A stretch of 64,000 nt of DNA. Origin: Balanoglossus misakiensis. Taxonomy: Eukaryota; Animalia; Hemichordata. The translations under genes were made by a program, and so were the position numbers. The stretch lies in the NCBI GenBank assembly GCA_040954595.2, contig JBECUI020000031.1, positions 186,001-250,000 on the forward strand. The letters are read 5' to 3'. Below are positions 1 to 8,800 of this stretch, piece after piece (the first letter of the stretch is position 1; each line of letters begins with the position of its first letter). The notes beneath the pieces were generated by a model. The model ran no database searches. It saw only the letters and a program-made list of their open reading frames with translations, and was not told where the DNA came from.

Positions 1-295
1 ATTCTGTTATGGTATAAAGAGACCTCCCATCCTCATCTGTCTCTATATCATTTACAGTCGGTTTTTTGACAATAGGACTTCTATTTTCTGTAGAGCTTAG
101 AGTAATAATATAATTGGTAATCTCTATCTCTTCTGGAGCTATCCAACCTATTTTGATACTACTCCCCATAACTTCCACGACGCTCAGATCTGCGATGGGG
201 GGAATTTCCTCAGGCTGTTCATCCGCGCATGAAAGTAAAACGAGAGCTAGTATCAGACAGCTCATTATTTCCCTAAAACGACGATATTGACTCAT
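1..295 (-). CDS. Fibronectin type III domain lipoprotein, 5' part (runs off the window start)
   Basis: Manually translated from ATG at 295: MSQYRRFREIMSCLILALVLLSC-ADEQPEEIPPIADLSVVEVMGSSIKIGWIAPEEIEITNYII...YTITE. Lipobox LLSC, FN3-like W..Y pattern, open to base 1, GAGG RBS upstream. Confidence 0.7.
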   Translation of the reverse strand, partial: MSQYRRFREIMSCLILALVLLSCADEQPEEIPPIADLSVVEVMGSSIKIGWIAPEEIEITNYIITLSSTENRSPIVKKPTVNDIETDEDGRSLYTITE

Positions 296-565
296 TGCGA
301 CCTGCCTCTAATCCATCTGTCTATAGAAGGATTTTTTAAACTGAAACAAAATTAAGTATAAGATGGGTTAAATCACATTTCAAATTTATGCCTATAAAGC
401 GTATAGTTTATTTTTATATAGTGGCTATTACTTTTCTGACAATGAAATATAGAGGGCGTTTTACACAAAGCAGGAGATGGGTTCAAGGATAGGCCCCCCC
501 TTAGCAAGATACGGTGAGACAAGGGGATTTTTTTATTGGTAGGCAGGAGTGCTAAGTTCTTGGAG

Positions 566-586
566 ACCTTGCCTCCTAGGCAAGGT
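566..586 (-). terminator. Stem-loop overlapping the stop codon of the gamma-CA gene
   Basis: ACCTTGCCT-CCT-AGGCAAGGT, perfect 9-bp stem; no U-tract on the minus strand. Confidence 0.3.
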
Positions 587-1082
587 ACCTTTTTATATTG
601 GCAACATAGTGAGCCGCATTAATTCGGAGATTTTCTTTCTCTTCTTCTCTAACGCGTCGAATCATCCGTGCCGGAGCCCCCACAATCAGAGAGTTGTCAT
701 CAAAATCGGCTTTGCCTGTTACCAGAGCTCCAGCACCAACAATACAGTTTTTACCAATACGGGCCCCCGAAAGAATTATGGCTCCCATACCAATAAGACT
801 GCCATCGCCGATAGAACAACCGTGAATAATCGCATTATGCCCAATGGTGACTCCTTCACCAACAAGGCAGGGATTTTCTCTATCTGTGTGTAGAACGGAA
901 CCATCTTGAACATTGGAGCCCTGCCCCACAACAATACGTTCAATATCTCCTCTGAGTACGGCGTGAAACCAGATGCCGACATCCTGATGGAGAACCACAT
1001 TGCCAATAACGTCGGCACTGGGGGCTACAAAAATCCTCTCCCCTTCCAAGCGGGGGCTAATTCCTTCAAAACTGCTTAACAT
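576..1082 (-). CDS. Gamma carbonic anhydrase family (YrdA/CaiE-like, left-handed beta-helix)
   Basis: Hexapeptide repeats with RGD, NVQDGSVLH, TIGHNAIIHGC and VGAPAR motifs; start placed at ATG 1082, 6 nt after a TG-C-CATAAT -10 box. Confidence 0.9.
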   Translation of the reverse strand: MLSSFEGISPRLEGERIFVAPSADVIGNVVLHQDVGIWFHAVLRGDIERIVVGQGSNVQDGSVLHTDRENPCLVGEGVTIGHNAIIHGCSIGDGSLIGMGAIILSGARIGKNCIVGAGALVTGKADFDDNSLIVGAPARMIRRVREEEKENLRINAAHYVANIKRYLA

Positions 1083-1149
1083 AGTTTCATTATGGCAGAA
1101 TTTCATGGTTTAAACCACTGGAAGCAGCCGTTTCCCCGAGAAGACCCCA

Positions 1150-2154
1150 CTACAAAAGAAGAAGTTTACGTATAGCCTGATCTTCTGTAACTTCAGCAGG
1201 GCGGCGTCCCTTGTTGTCCAGGGCCTCTTTATCTCCTCCTGCCCTCAGAAGCTCCTCCACGGCTTTCAGAGCACCTGCGTAGGCAGCATGATGAAGAGGA
1301 GTCCAGCCTTCTGAATCAACACCTTGGGGAAGGGCCCCAGCCTGAAGGAGCTCCCTAAGTATGTCCCAGTGATGCAGCCTGGCAGCCACCAGAATCAAGG
1401 AGTAGTTCCGAGGATCTAGAACATTGGGATCGGCGCCGTTTTGAAGCCTGGAGCGAACAAGATAGGTCTGGCCATTGATTACCGCTGCTACCAAAGACTG
1501 ATGAGGATCCGATAGCTTAGAAAAACCTACAAGCAAATGTCCCCCTACAAACCGATAATGGGCGTCTTCCTTATCTTCTGGATACTCCAACAAAACAACA
1601 ACAATCCGTTCTTCAAACGGGCTGCTCAAGCAGCCCAGCAGAGTTAATTCCCGCGGGGGGGGAGAAGCTGAACGATAAAGTTCCTTTTCATCGCGGCGGG
1701 AGGTCTTGAGGACAACGCTGTAAAATTTTTTGGAAGAAGTAGGAGGGAGAACCTCTAGAGAATAAGTAATTCCATCCTTGTTAAAACTGGGCCCACTGTC
1801 TCGGATCTCAAAGTCTTTCTCTAAGCCGAAACGCTGAGAGAGGCGGTCAAAAAAAGCCTGGTTCCTATTCCAGAATGCCTCCAGATAATTGGGGCCGGCA
1901 ACCTCTGCAGGGTCTGAATTGTAGAGAATATCATCCGTAACGGTGTCCACAACCGAAACGTGATAGGCCGCAATCCCCCCTGAGGAAGCTTCCTTATAGA
2001 CCAAGCCTCCCCACCGGCCCTTGGAGGACCACCCAAGGGGATAGAGCCGTAGTTTTTCGCTTGCAAAACTTGAGGCTTCAACAGGAAGCTCCCCAGCAGA
2101 GGCGATGGTCAGGATAAAGGAAAAAATACAAAAAAGGCTAGCACTTCGGTGCAT
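1150..2154 (-). CDS. Secreted protein with C-terminal ankyrin repeats
   Basis: Signal peptide; ankyrin consensus (GWTPLHHAAYAG, GADPN, DNKGRRPA) in the last ~120 aa. Confidence 0.85.
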   Translation of the reverse strand: MHRSASLFCIFSFILTIASAGELPVEASSFASEKLRLYPLGWSSKGRWGGLVYKEASSGGIAAYHVSVVDTVTDDILYNSDPAEVAGPNYLEAFWNRNQAFFDRLSQRFGLEKDFEIRDSGPSFNKDGITYSLEVLPPTSSKKFYSVVLKTSRRDEKELYRSASPPPRELTLLGCLSSPFEERIVVVLLEYPEDKEDAHYRFVGGHLLVGFSKLSDPHQSLVAAVINGQTYLVRSRLQNGADPNVLDPRNYSLILVAARLHHWDILRELLQAGALPQGVDSEGWTPLHHAAYAGALKAVEELLRAGGDKEALDNKGRRPAEVTEDQAIRKLLLL

Positions 2155-2163
2155 GGTTACCGA

Positions 2164-2234
2164 AGGATAGCCCTGTCATCTCTGAATGGTCAAGAGGAAA
2201 AGAATTGACCATTGCTCCCTTATGTAGTTTAATG
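2164..2234. promoter_or_regulatory. Divergent sigma70 promoters with back-to-back -35 boxes
   Basis: Minus: TTGACC-18-TATCCT, 9 nt before ATG 2154. Plus: TTGACC-17-TTTAAT. Together they form AATGGTCAA-N11-TTGACCATT. Confidence 0.6.
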
Positions 2235-2248
2235 AAAAGAGAGGTGGA

Positions 2249-2617
2249 TTGACGATTGTTCACGGAATAGTTGGAGTAATTTTAACAGGAGCTCATATTC
2301 TCTTTTTTCTTAGAGGTCTCATGCTGTACAGGCGTAAGGGAAGCCCCCAACGAGTGGATCTGGTTGCCAGGACATTAAGTCATGTCTGTCTTCCGCTGGC
2401 TATTTTAACCGGGGTTCTTGCAATCCGCTCCTCTGGAGAAGAAGCTCGGGATTCTAGGAATTTGCTCCTCCACATCCTGCTAGGGGTAATTCCGCTTCTT
2501 TTGATTTTTATTTTTGCCTTCTTGTTTCCCCTAAAACGCCGTATCCCTTGGCTTCTTCCCGGGCTGAATGCCCTGTTGTTCCTGGCTGCCACGCTGAGTG
2601 GGTTCTGGAGAGGTTAA
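2249..2617 (+). CDS. Small integral membrane protein (about 4 TM), unknown function
   Basis: TTG start with GAGGTGG RBS; four hydrophobic segments. Confidence 0.7.
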   Translation: MTIVHGIVGVILTGAHILFFLRGLMLYRRKGSPQRVDLVARTLSHVCLPLAILTGVLAIRSSGEEARDSRNLLLHILLGVIPLLLIFIFAFLFPLKRRIPWLLPGLNALLFLAATLSGFWRG

Positions 2618-2618
2618 A

Positions 2619-3164
2619 ATGGAAAAAAAGTACATCTGGTTCGAGGGACGTCTCGAAGCCCGGCAGGGAGATCTCACTACCCTGAAAGTCGGAGCCATCG
2701 TAAACGCCGCTAATTCGTCTCTGCTGGGAGGAGGTGGAATTGACGGTGCTATTCACAGAGCAGGAGGCCCAGAAATTTTGCTAGCCTGCCAACAGATTCG
2801 AGAAAAAATCTTCCCTGAGGGCCTGCCTCCGGGAGAAGCTGTGCTTACCACTGCCGGGAAACTACCATGTGAACACCTTATTCACACCGTTGGACCAATC
2901 TGGAAGGGTGGAAAGTTCGGAGAACCAGAAATACTGGCCTCAGCCTATAGAAACAGCCTGAATTGTGCTACTGAACTTAAGGTGCAGGTCCTCTCCTTTC
3001 CTGCCATATCCACCGGAGCTTATGCCTATCCCCCTGAAAAGGCTGCTAAGGTTGTCTTTCAGGTCATGAAGGAAGAACTTCCCCATCGGGAATATCCCCA
3101 GAAGGTTCTACTGATCTTTTTTACTCCTGCTGGACTAGGGAGCTTTGTATCGGCTGTTGCCTAG
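2619..3164 (+). CDS. ymdB: Macro domain O-acetyl-ADP-ribose deacetylase (YmdB-like)
   Basis: GDLT, AIVNAANSSLLGGGGIDGAIHRAGG, IHTVGP, FPAISTGAYAYP; GAGG RBS, start immediately after the upstream stop. Confidence 0.9.
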   Translation: MEKKYIWFEGRLEARQGDLTTLKVGAIVNAANSSLLGGGGIDGAIHRAGGPEILLACQQIREKIFPEGLPPGEAVLTTAGKLPCEHLIHTVGPIWKGGKFGEPEILASAYRNSLNCATELKVQVLSFPAISTGAYAYPPEKAAKVVFQVMKEELPHREYPQKVLLIFFTPAGLGSFVSAVA

Positions 3165-3306
3165 GAGTCCCAAAGTTGTAGAAGATATCTTAATGATTGG
3201 AGTAATGTGCAGATTAACCCAACAAGAATTAAAAAAATGTTTTTTCTCAAAATTGATGTTAACTTTATAGCTAAAGGGTTTAGACAAGGTATTAAGGCAA
3301 AAATAG

Positions 3307-4710
3307 ATGGAAAATGAAGCCTCGAAAAAAAAAATATTTTATCTTTCCTTGGTCGGTTTTCTCCCATGTAAAAAATTATTGACCTATGGTGCTGTTTGGA
3401 TAATAGCTCTATCAGGAATCTGGAGCTGTACCCCTCTCCAAGATCTATCTCCAACACCAAAGACAGGATCTGATGATACCTTGATTCGATATGTCAAACC
3501 CAACAATTCCGACACTATGGACGGAACCTCCTGGGAAAACGCCTATGATGACCTGCAGGTCGCCATAGACGAAGTGGCAAGCAAAGGAGGCGGAGAAGTA
3601 TGGGTACATAAGGGCATCTACTATCCTAAAAGTGCAGCAAACGGTGTAGTTATTACGGAATATAACGAGCATCTAAAACATTTTTCCTTAAGGGATGGAG
3701 TCAAGGTCTATGGAGGCTTTGTTGAGACTGACACCAGCATAGCTGATAGGGACTTCATCCAGAATCAGACCATCTTAAGCGGCAATATAAACGGAAACAC
3801 CCGCCATAACGACAATGTGACCGTTTTCAGACATTTCTACATTGGCTGGGATGCCCCTGCCCTGCTTGATGGTGTTACCATAAATGACGGCTATGGTAGA
3901 CAAGAGGAACGCTATGGGGGGGTATACAATTTTGAATCTTCGCCCCGCTTTGTCAATGTCATTTTTTATAAAAATCACTTAGGGGGCATGTACAACGAAA
4001 ATGGTTCTTCTCCCATAATTATTAACTCTGTTTTTTCTCAAAATGGTAACCGCGATCTCTCAGAAGGAGGGGCCATGGTTAATCGGAACTCTACTGCCTT
4101 GATCATTAACACAGTCTTTTCTGATAACCAGGCTATAAAAGGAGGAGCAATATACAGCTTTGATAGTTCGGCCATACTGACTCATGCTATTTTCAGGGGC
4201 AATCGGTCATCTGAGGGGAATAACACCATCTACAACGAAGTTTCCTCCAAGTATATGGAGCATCTTACCTTCTTTAATATTTTTAACAGCATAATTATCG
4301 GTTTCATAGAAAACAACAGTTTAAACATGTCTTTTGCTAACAATCTTTATAACCTCAGAGAAACTTCTTCTGAGGATAGCCACCAAATTCCCGGAACCGA
4401 TCTTGGAAATAACAAGCTCAGTGCATACATAGTTTTTCATGGTGAAAGCAGTGGAGAAGATGGTTTGTGGTCCACAAACGACGACGGAACTATACCCAAA
4501 AGCAACACCACCGTTGACAGTGGAGTCTTTATAAAGTATTCCCCATCATTTCATAAAATTTACTATAGCCTGGACAAGGAGATCTGGTTTAAATCCTGGG
4601 AAAGCAAAGATGAAATAGTCCTGCCAGCTGACGCCATAGAACTTCCTGATATCCTTGGTAACCCCATCCATAACGAGCCCGACTTGGGCCCCTACGAAAG
4701 AGTTTTTTAA
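3307..4710 (+). CDS. Lipoprotein with Pmp-like (GGA(I/M)/FxxN) right-handed beta-helix repeats
   Basis: IWSC lipobox; DGTSWENAYDDLQVAI, GGEVWVHKGIYYP, VYGGF, repeated GGxYN/FSxN/GGAI motifs, C-terminal DILGNP..PDLGPYE; AT-rich; exact start uncertain. Confidence 0.8.
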   Translation: MENEASKKKIFYLSLVGFLPCKKLLTYGAVWIIALSGIWSCTPLQDLSPTPKTGSDDTLIRYVKPNNSDTMDGTSWENAYDDLQVAIDEVASKGGGEVWVHKGIYYPKSAANGVVITEYNEHLKHFSLRDGVKVYGGFVETDTSIADRDFIQNQTILSGNINGNTRHNDNVTVFRHFYIGWDAPALLDGVTINDGYGRQEERYGGVYNFESSPRFVNVIFYKNHLGGMYNENGSSPIIINSVFSQNGNRDLSEGGAMVNRNSTALIINTVFSDNQAIKGGAIYSFDSSAILTHAIFRGNRSSEGNNTIYNEVSSKYMEHLTFFNIFNSIIIGFIENNSLNMSFANNLYNLRETSSEDSHQIPGTDLGNNKLSAYIVFHGESSGEDGLWSTNDDGTIPKSNTTVDSGVFIKYSPSFHKIYYSLDKEIWFKSWESKDEIVLPADAIELPDILGNPIHNEPDLGPYERVF

Positions 4711-4776
4711 AAAGGTAGGGTCACCCACGTTTGAAAAGCCTTCCTTAAACACACCCTTTCAGTCTACAGTTTTGCT

Positions 4777-5169
4777 ATGTTTGCTATAGAAATAACCGTC
4801 AGGGACTATGAATGCGACATTCAGGGGATTGTGAATAACGCCGTCTACCTTAACTATTTGCAACATGCCAGACATGCGTTTGGGAAACAGGTTGGCTGTG
4901 ACTGGTTGGCCCTCAACAAACGGGGTTACGATTTGGTATTGAGTAAAATAGAAATAAATTTCCGCCGGCCTTTGCGGCCTGGAGATAACATGCTTGTTAG
5001 TGCGATTCCCCAAAGAAAAGGAAAATTCCGGTTTATCTTTAAACAAGAAATCCTGCTTCTACCTCAACGCGAATTGATGTTGGACGCCGTGGCTACCGTG
5101 GCCTGTCTGGAAAATGGCAGGCCGGCAGCTCCTCCAGAAATGGATATTTGGTTTGGCCTGGAAAAATAG
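4777..5169 (+). CDS. Acyl-CoA thioesterase (YbgC/FadM hot-dog family)
   Basis: VRDYECDIQGIVNNAVYLNYLQHAR motif. Confidence 0.9.
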   Translation: MFAIEITVRDYECDIQGIVNNAVYLNYLQHARHAFGKQVGCDWLALNKRGYDLVLSKIEINFRRPLRPGDNMLVSAIPQRKGKFRFIFKQEILLLPQRELMLDAVATVACLENGRPAAPPEMDIWFGLEK

Positions 5170-5231
5170 CAAAAAAGAGAACATGAGAAGTTATCGGGGA
5201 AGTCTACGCAGGATGCCCAGAAAAGTTTTCC

Positions 5232-6194
5232 CTATTCTTTAACTCCCCCGGCAGTCAAACCGCTTATCAGGCGGTTTTGGATCGCCATAAACAAGGCAAT
5301 AACAGGCACGGCTGTAAGCATAGAAGCTGCCATAATACGGTCCCAAATGGCGTTTTTTGAAACAAAGAGAGATTTTAATCCTATGGGCAGGGTGTAAATG
5401 TTGTTATAGGATTTCAGGAACACCGAAGCAAACAAGTATTCATTCCAGGCAATCATGAAACTGTAAATGTAGACTGTCACCAGGGCTCCCCAACTTAGAG
5501 GAACAATAATTTTATTTATAGTTTGAATGCGAGAACATCCATCAATCAAGGCAGCTTCTTCAATGGAGTAGGGAATGCTCCGGAAAAAATTTCCCAGCAT
5601 ATACAGAGATACAGGTAGGGTTTGGACTAAATATATAAGCAGTAAAGCCAGAAAGGTTCCCCCGGGTGTGGCCGCCAAACCACTGGCTACAGTCAACTTG
5701 TAAAGGGGAATCAAGAGTAAAATCCCCCCAAACATATAAACGAACAAAACACCCCTTTGAACCAGACGCCTTCCGGGATAGCGTGTCCGGGTGAAGCTGT
5801 AGGCCCCAAAAATAGCCAGGAACAGAGAGCCCAGGGCCGAAAGGGCCGAAAGGGCCAAACTGTTGCGAAAGTATTTGAGAAAGGGAAAGACATCCCCGCT
5901 ATCCTGATAGTTTTTGAGTATTTCCTTACGCTGCTCTTTGCTTAGGTTGGGGTTTTCTTCCAAAAGGAGCCGAATGGATTCCGGAACGTTTTTAAGTTTG
6001 TCCCCCAGGTTCAAAAGCTCCCTGTAGGCCTCTGTGTTGAACTTTCGGGGAATCAGAGAAGGGTTGCCCCAGTCCCACTGATACTTCAAGGACGTGGAGA
6101 GCATTTGCACAAAAGGAAAAAGTACAAACACCAGGATGCAAAGAAGAAGAACAGTAAAAAGAACCCGCTGGAGAAAAGAAGTTTTCTTTACCAT
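5232..6194 (-). CDS. Carbohydrate ABC transporter permease (YcjP/MalG-like)
   Basis: EAA loop IEEAALIDGCS, AWNEYLFA, multiple TM helices. Confidence 0.9.
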   Translation of the reverse strand: MVKKTSFLQRVLFTVLLLCILVFVLFPFVQMLSTSLKYQWDWGNPSLIPRKFNTEAYRELLNLGDKLKNVPESIRLLLEENPNLSKEQRKEILKNYQDSGDVFPFLKYFRNSLALSALSALGSLFLAIFGAYSFTRTRYPGRRLVQRGVLFVYMFGGILLLIPLYKLTVASGLAATPGGTFLALLLIYLVQTLPVSLYMLGNFFRSIPYSIEEAALIDGCSRIQTINKIIVPLSWGALVTVYIYSFMIAWNEYLFASVFLKSYNNIYTLPIGLKSLFVSKNAIWDRIMAASMLTAVPVIALFMAIQNRLISGLTAGGVKE

Positions 6195-7072
6195 TTAAGT
6201 ACCTTCCTCACGTATAGGAGGATAATTCCCATAAGAATGCAAAACTGAATAACTGCCAGGGCTGCGGCAGCTCCCAGATCCATGGTTCCAATAAAAGCTT
6301 TAAAGTAGATATAAATAGGAAGGGTTTTTACACTAATATCCGTTAATAGAAAAACCTCCTCAAATTTGTTGAAGTTCCAGATGAAACGCAGCAACACCAT
6401 CGCCCCAATAACAAAGTAGATATCCATCAAGGTAATGTATCGGAATTTCTGCCATTTATTGGCTCCGTCAATATCGGCAGCTTCGTAGAGATTTTGATCG
6501 ATGGCCTGAAGCCGACTAAAAATCATCAGATAGCTAAAGGGAAAGCTGCGCCAAACACTGAACAAAATGGCTAGCCCCAGAGCATTACGCGGATTTCCAA
6601 TCAGATTGTAACGATTGGATATCAAACCCAGTTTTTCTACTAGAACATGCATAAAAATACCGTTCACCGGGTCAAAGAAAAACTGCCAGGCAAAAACCAC
6701 CGAGATAACCGGTGCTACGTAGGGTAGCAGAATCAAACTTCTGGCCAACCAGCGCAGAGGAAATTTCCGGTTCATAATCAGGGCCGTAATAAGTCCCAGC
6801 AAGGTGCTGCCCAAAGTGGAAAAAATTACATAAAAGAAGGTAGTGAGCAAACTACCCCAGAATTCCCTATCCCCCAACACACTGCGGTAATTCTGGACCC
6901 CTTTGAAGCTATTAGGCTGCATCAAAGAAAATTCAAAAGTGCTTAAATAAATGTTATAGATAATAGGATAGAGGATCAAGCCCAAAATAATGACAAGGGT
7001 CGGGGTAATCAATAACAATCCAAAACGAGAGTCTTTTTGAGCTCTTAAGGTTTTTGCTTCTATAGGTCCCAT
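6188..7072 (-). CDS. Carbohydrate ABC transporter permease (YcjO/MalF-like)
   Basis: LYEAADIDGANKWQKFRYIT, LLPYVAPVIS, RFIWNF. Confidence 0.9.
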   Translation of the reverse strand: MGPIEAKTLRAQKDSRFGLLLITPTLVIILGLILYPIIYNIYLSTFEFSLMQPNSFKGVQNYRSVLGDREFWGSLLTTFFYVIFSTLGSTLLGLITALIMNRKFPLRWLARSLILLPYVAPVISVVFAWQFFFDPVNGIFMHVLVEKLGLISNRYNLIGNPRNALGLAILFSVWRSFPFSYLMIFSRLQAIDQNLYEAADIDGANKWQKFRYITLMDIYFVIGAMVLLRFIWNFNKFEEVFLLTDISVKTLPIYIYFKAFIGTMDLGAAAALAVIQFCILMGIILLYVRKVLKW

Positions 7073-7083
7073 AAGTAATCGGC

Positions 7084-7103
7084 CCCCCTATAGGGATAGG
7101 GGG
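7084..7103 (-). promoter_or_regulatory. Intercistronic hairpin containing the permease Shine-Dalgarno
   Basis: Minus strand CCCCCTAT-CCCT-ATAGGGGG; the G-run lies ~10 nt upstream of ATG 7072. Confidence 0.5.
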
Positions 7104-7114
7104 ACAGCCGCCTT

Positions 7115-8479
7115 TTACTGTATTAGCCTCAGCATCTCTTCCTCTGTCGCTTTCATTGCGGAATCGATGGGAACGCCCTCCTGGGTAATTGAAAAAAGCA
7201 TTTTAGGAATAATCTGATTGGCAAAAATGGTACTGGCAGCTTCAATGCGCTGGCCATCTACAATGGAGAAGGTTTGGATCTCGTTCATACCACTGACAAT
7301 TTGATTCATTTTTTCAGCTCCATAACGCTTAAACAGTTCCTGAGGATCGGCTTGGTAACGGGGATTATCGGCAATATTTTTTATGGTGGGATTCATTCCC
7401 CCTGGAGCCATGTGGAGGTAGGTGATGTAGGCATTCTGGGAATACAGATAGCGGAGGAACTGAGAAGCAGCCTGGGTAATGGCTTTATTGTCCTGGTTAG
7501 GAAGCCCCATGGTCATGACGACTCCATACCCTGCCGGTCTGGTGTTGGTAATAATAGGGGCAAAACCTGTCTTGCTGGCTAGCTCGGGGTCAAATTCGCT
7601 CCCTACCAGATCGGAAAAGTTATCACCAGTCAGACTTGAAGCGGCGTTTTCGGCCTTTGCCAGGTCATCCATAATATAGGTAGAGTAGAAAAACATGGCC
7701 ATTTTCCCCTGAATGTAGTAATCCCTGGCGCGCCAGGTTTGGGGTCCGGGGGGGTTGTATTTGGCTAGTTCCGCATAATATGCCACCGCTTCTTTCATGG
7801 GAGGACTATTGAAGATCAGTTGGCCGTCCTTGTCGAAGAGACTGGCACCGTTGGCCATGGCCAGGGGGGTAAAGCACTGCTCGGTAAAGGTTTCGGCCTT
7901 AGTTCCCACCAGAATACCGTACTGGTTTTCCGAAGGCTTATAGAAGTACCTTGCCGCTGTGAGAATGTTTTCCCAAGTATTCGGCGGTTTCAGACCAGCT
8001 TCGTCAAACCAATCAGTCCGGTACCAGATGCCCTGTATCCAACCGTAAAAGGGAAAGGCGTAAGAACCCCCGTCGCCGCTGCTGACAAGTCGCAGGACTC
8101 CATTATAAAAACGATCTCTACCTATCTCATCCAGCAGCATATTGGTTGCTTCGGTATCGAAGAAACCCTTAGACCCAAAGGCCACGGCATTCTCGGCTCC
8201 CAACTCGGCAAGACCAGGAAGTGAACCTGCAGCAGCCGCAGCATTTAACTGCGTGGGCAAGTCATTTTCATCCACTGGTATCAGGTTGATGTTTACATTG
8301 GGATTTAAGGTTGTATAAGTATCAATCAAAACTTGAATAATGGCCATGCGGTCAGATTGAGTCTGGCTGGTCCAGTAATCAAAAGTAACCGGGCCTGTCA
8401 TGCTCTCCTCTTGTCCCCCACTAGCAAATACCAAGGTAGTCAAAAGTAGTAAATTTAAAGCTAGATATCCTTTTTTCAT
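7115..8479 (-). CDS. Carbohydrate ABC transporter substrate-binding protein (YcjN-like)
   Basis: Spirochete-type N-terminus LVFASGGQEE; SBP family 1 motifs GIWYRTDWF..GLKPPNTW, YSTYIMDDL, MAPGGMNP. Confidence 0.85.
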   Translation of the reverse strand: MKKGYLALNLLLLTTLVFASGGQEESMTGPVTFDYWTSQTQSDRMAIIQVLIDTYTTLNPNVNINLIPVDENDLPTQLNAAAAAGSLPGLAELGAENAVAFGSKGFFDTEATNMLLDEIGRDRFYNGVLRLVSSGDGGSYAFPFYGWIQGIWYRTDWFDEAGLKPPNTWENILTAARYFYKPSENQYGILVGTKAETFTEQCFTPLAMANGASLFDKDGQLIFNSPPMKEAVAYYAELAKYNPPGPQTWRARDYYIQGKMAMFFYSTYIMDDLAKAENAASSLTGDNFSDLVGSEFDPELASKTGFAPIITNTRPAGYGVVMTMGLPNQDNKAITQAASQFLRYLYSQNAYITYLHMAPGGMNPTIKNIADNPRYQADPQELFKRYGAEKMNQIVSGMNEIQTFSIVDGQRIEAASTIFANQIIPKMLFSITQEGVPIDSAMKATEEEMLRLIQ

Positions 8480-8503
8480 AATAACTCCTTAATTTCCTAA
8501 GGT

Positions 8504-8533
8504 ATTCTAACCATTTCTTATATATTCTGTCAA
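8504..8533 (-). promoter_or_regulatory. sigma70 promoter of the sugar ABC operon
   Basis: TTGACA-18-TAGAAT, followed by an AAGGAG RBS. Confidence 0.6.
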
Positions 8534-8634
8534 CAAAGTAAGTAGAAAACCCCATATTTTGGGGTTCAGAGGAAAAACCAGAAGAAATTCCAGCAGGTCA
8601 ACGGCGGTTCCATTGTTTCCCTATGCTTCATTTT

Positions 8635-8662
8635 TTTCTCTTTAAGGTTTTCTCTTTAAGGT
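8635..8662. repeat. 14-bp tandem duplication
   Basis: tttctctttaaggt x2. Confidence 0.7.
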
Positions 8663-8800
8663 CTGTACCGACAGTGAAAAAAGTCTGCTAATGAAAACCT
8701 CAAGTACGGCCATTAGAAAAAAACGGTCTCTAGCAGCGATGGCATCAGGGACTGAGGGAAATTCTGCCCAGGGAATTCCAGGCTATGGACAGTTCAACAA

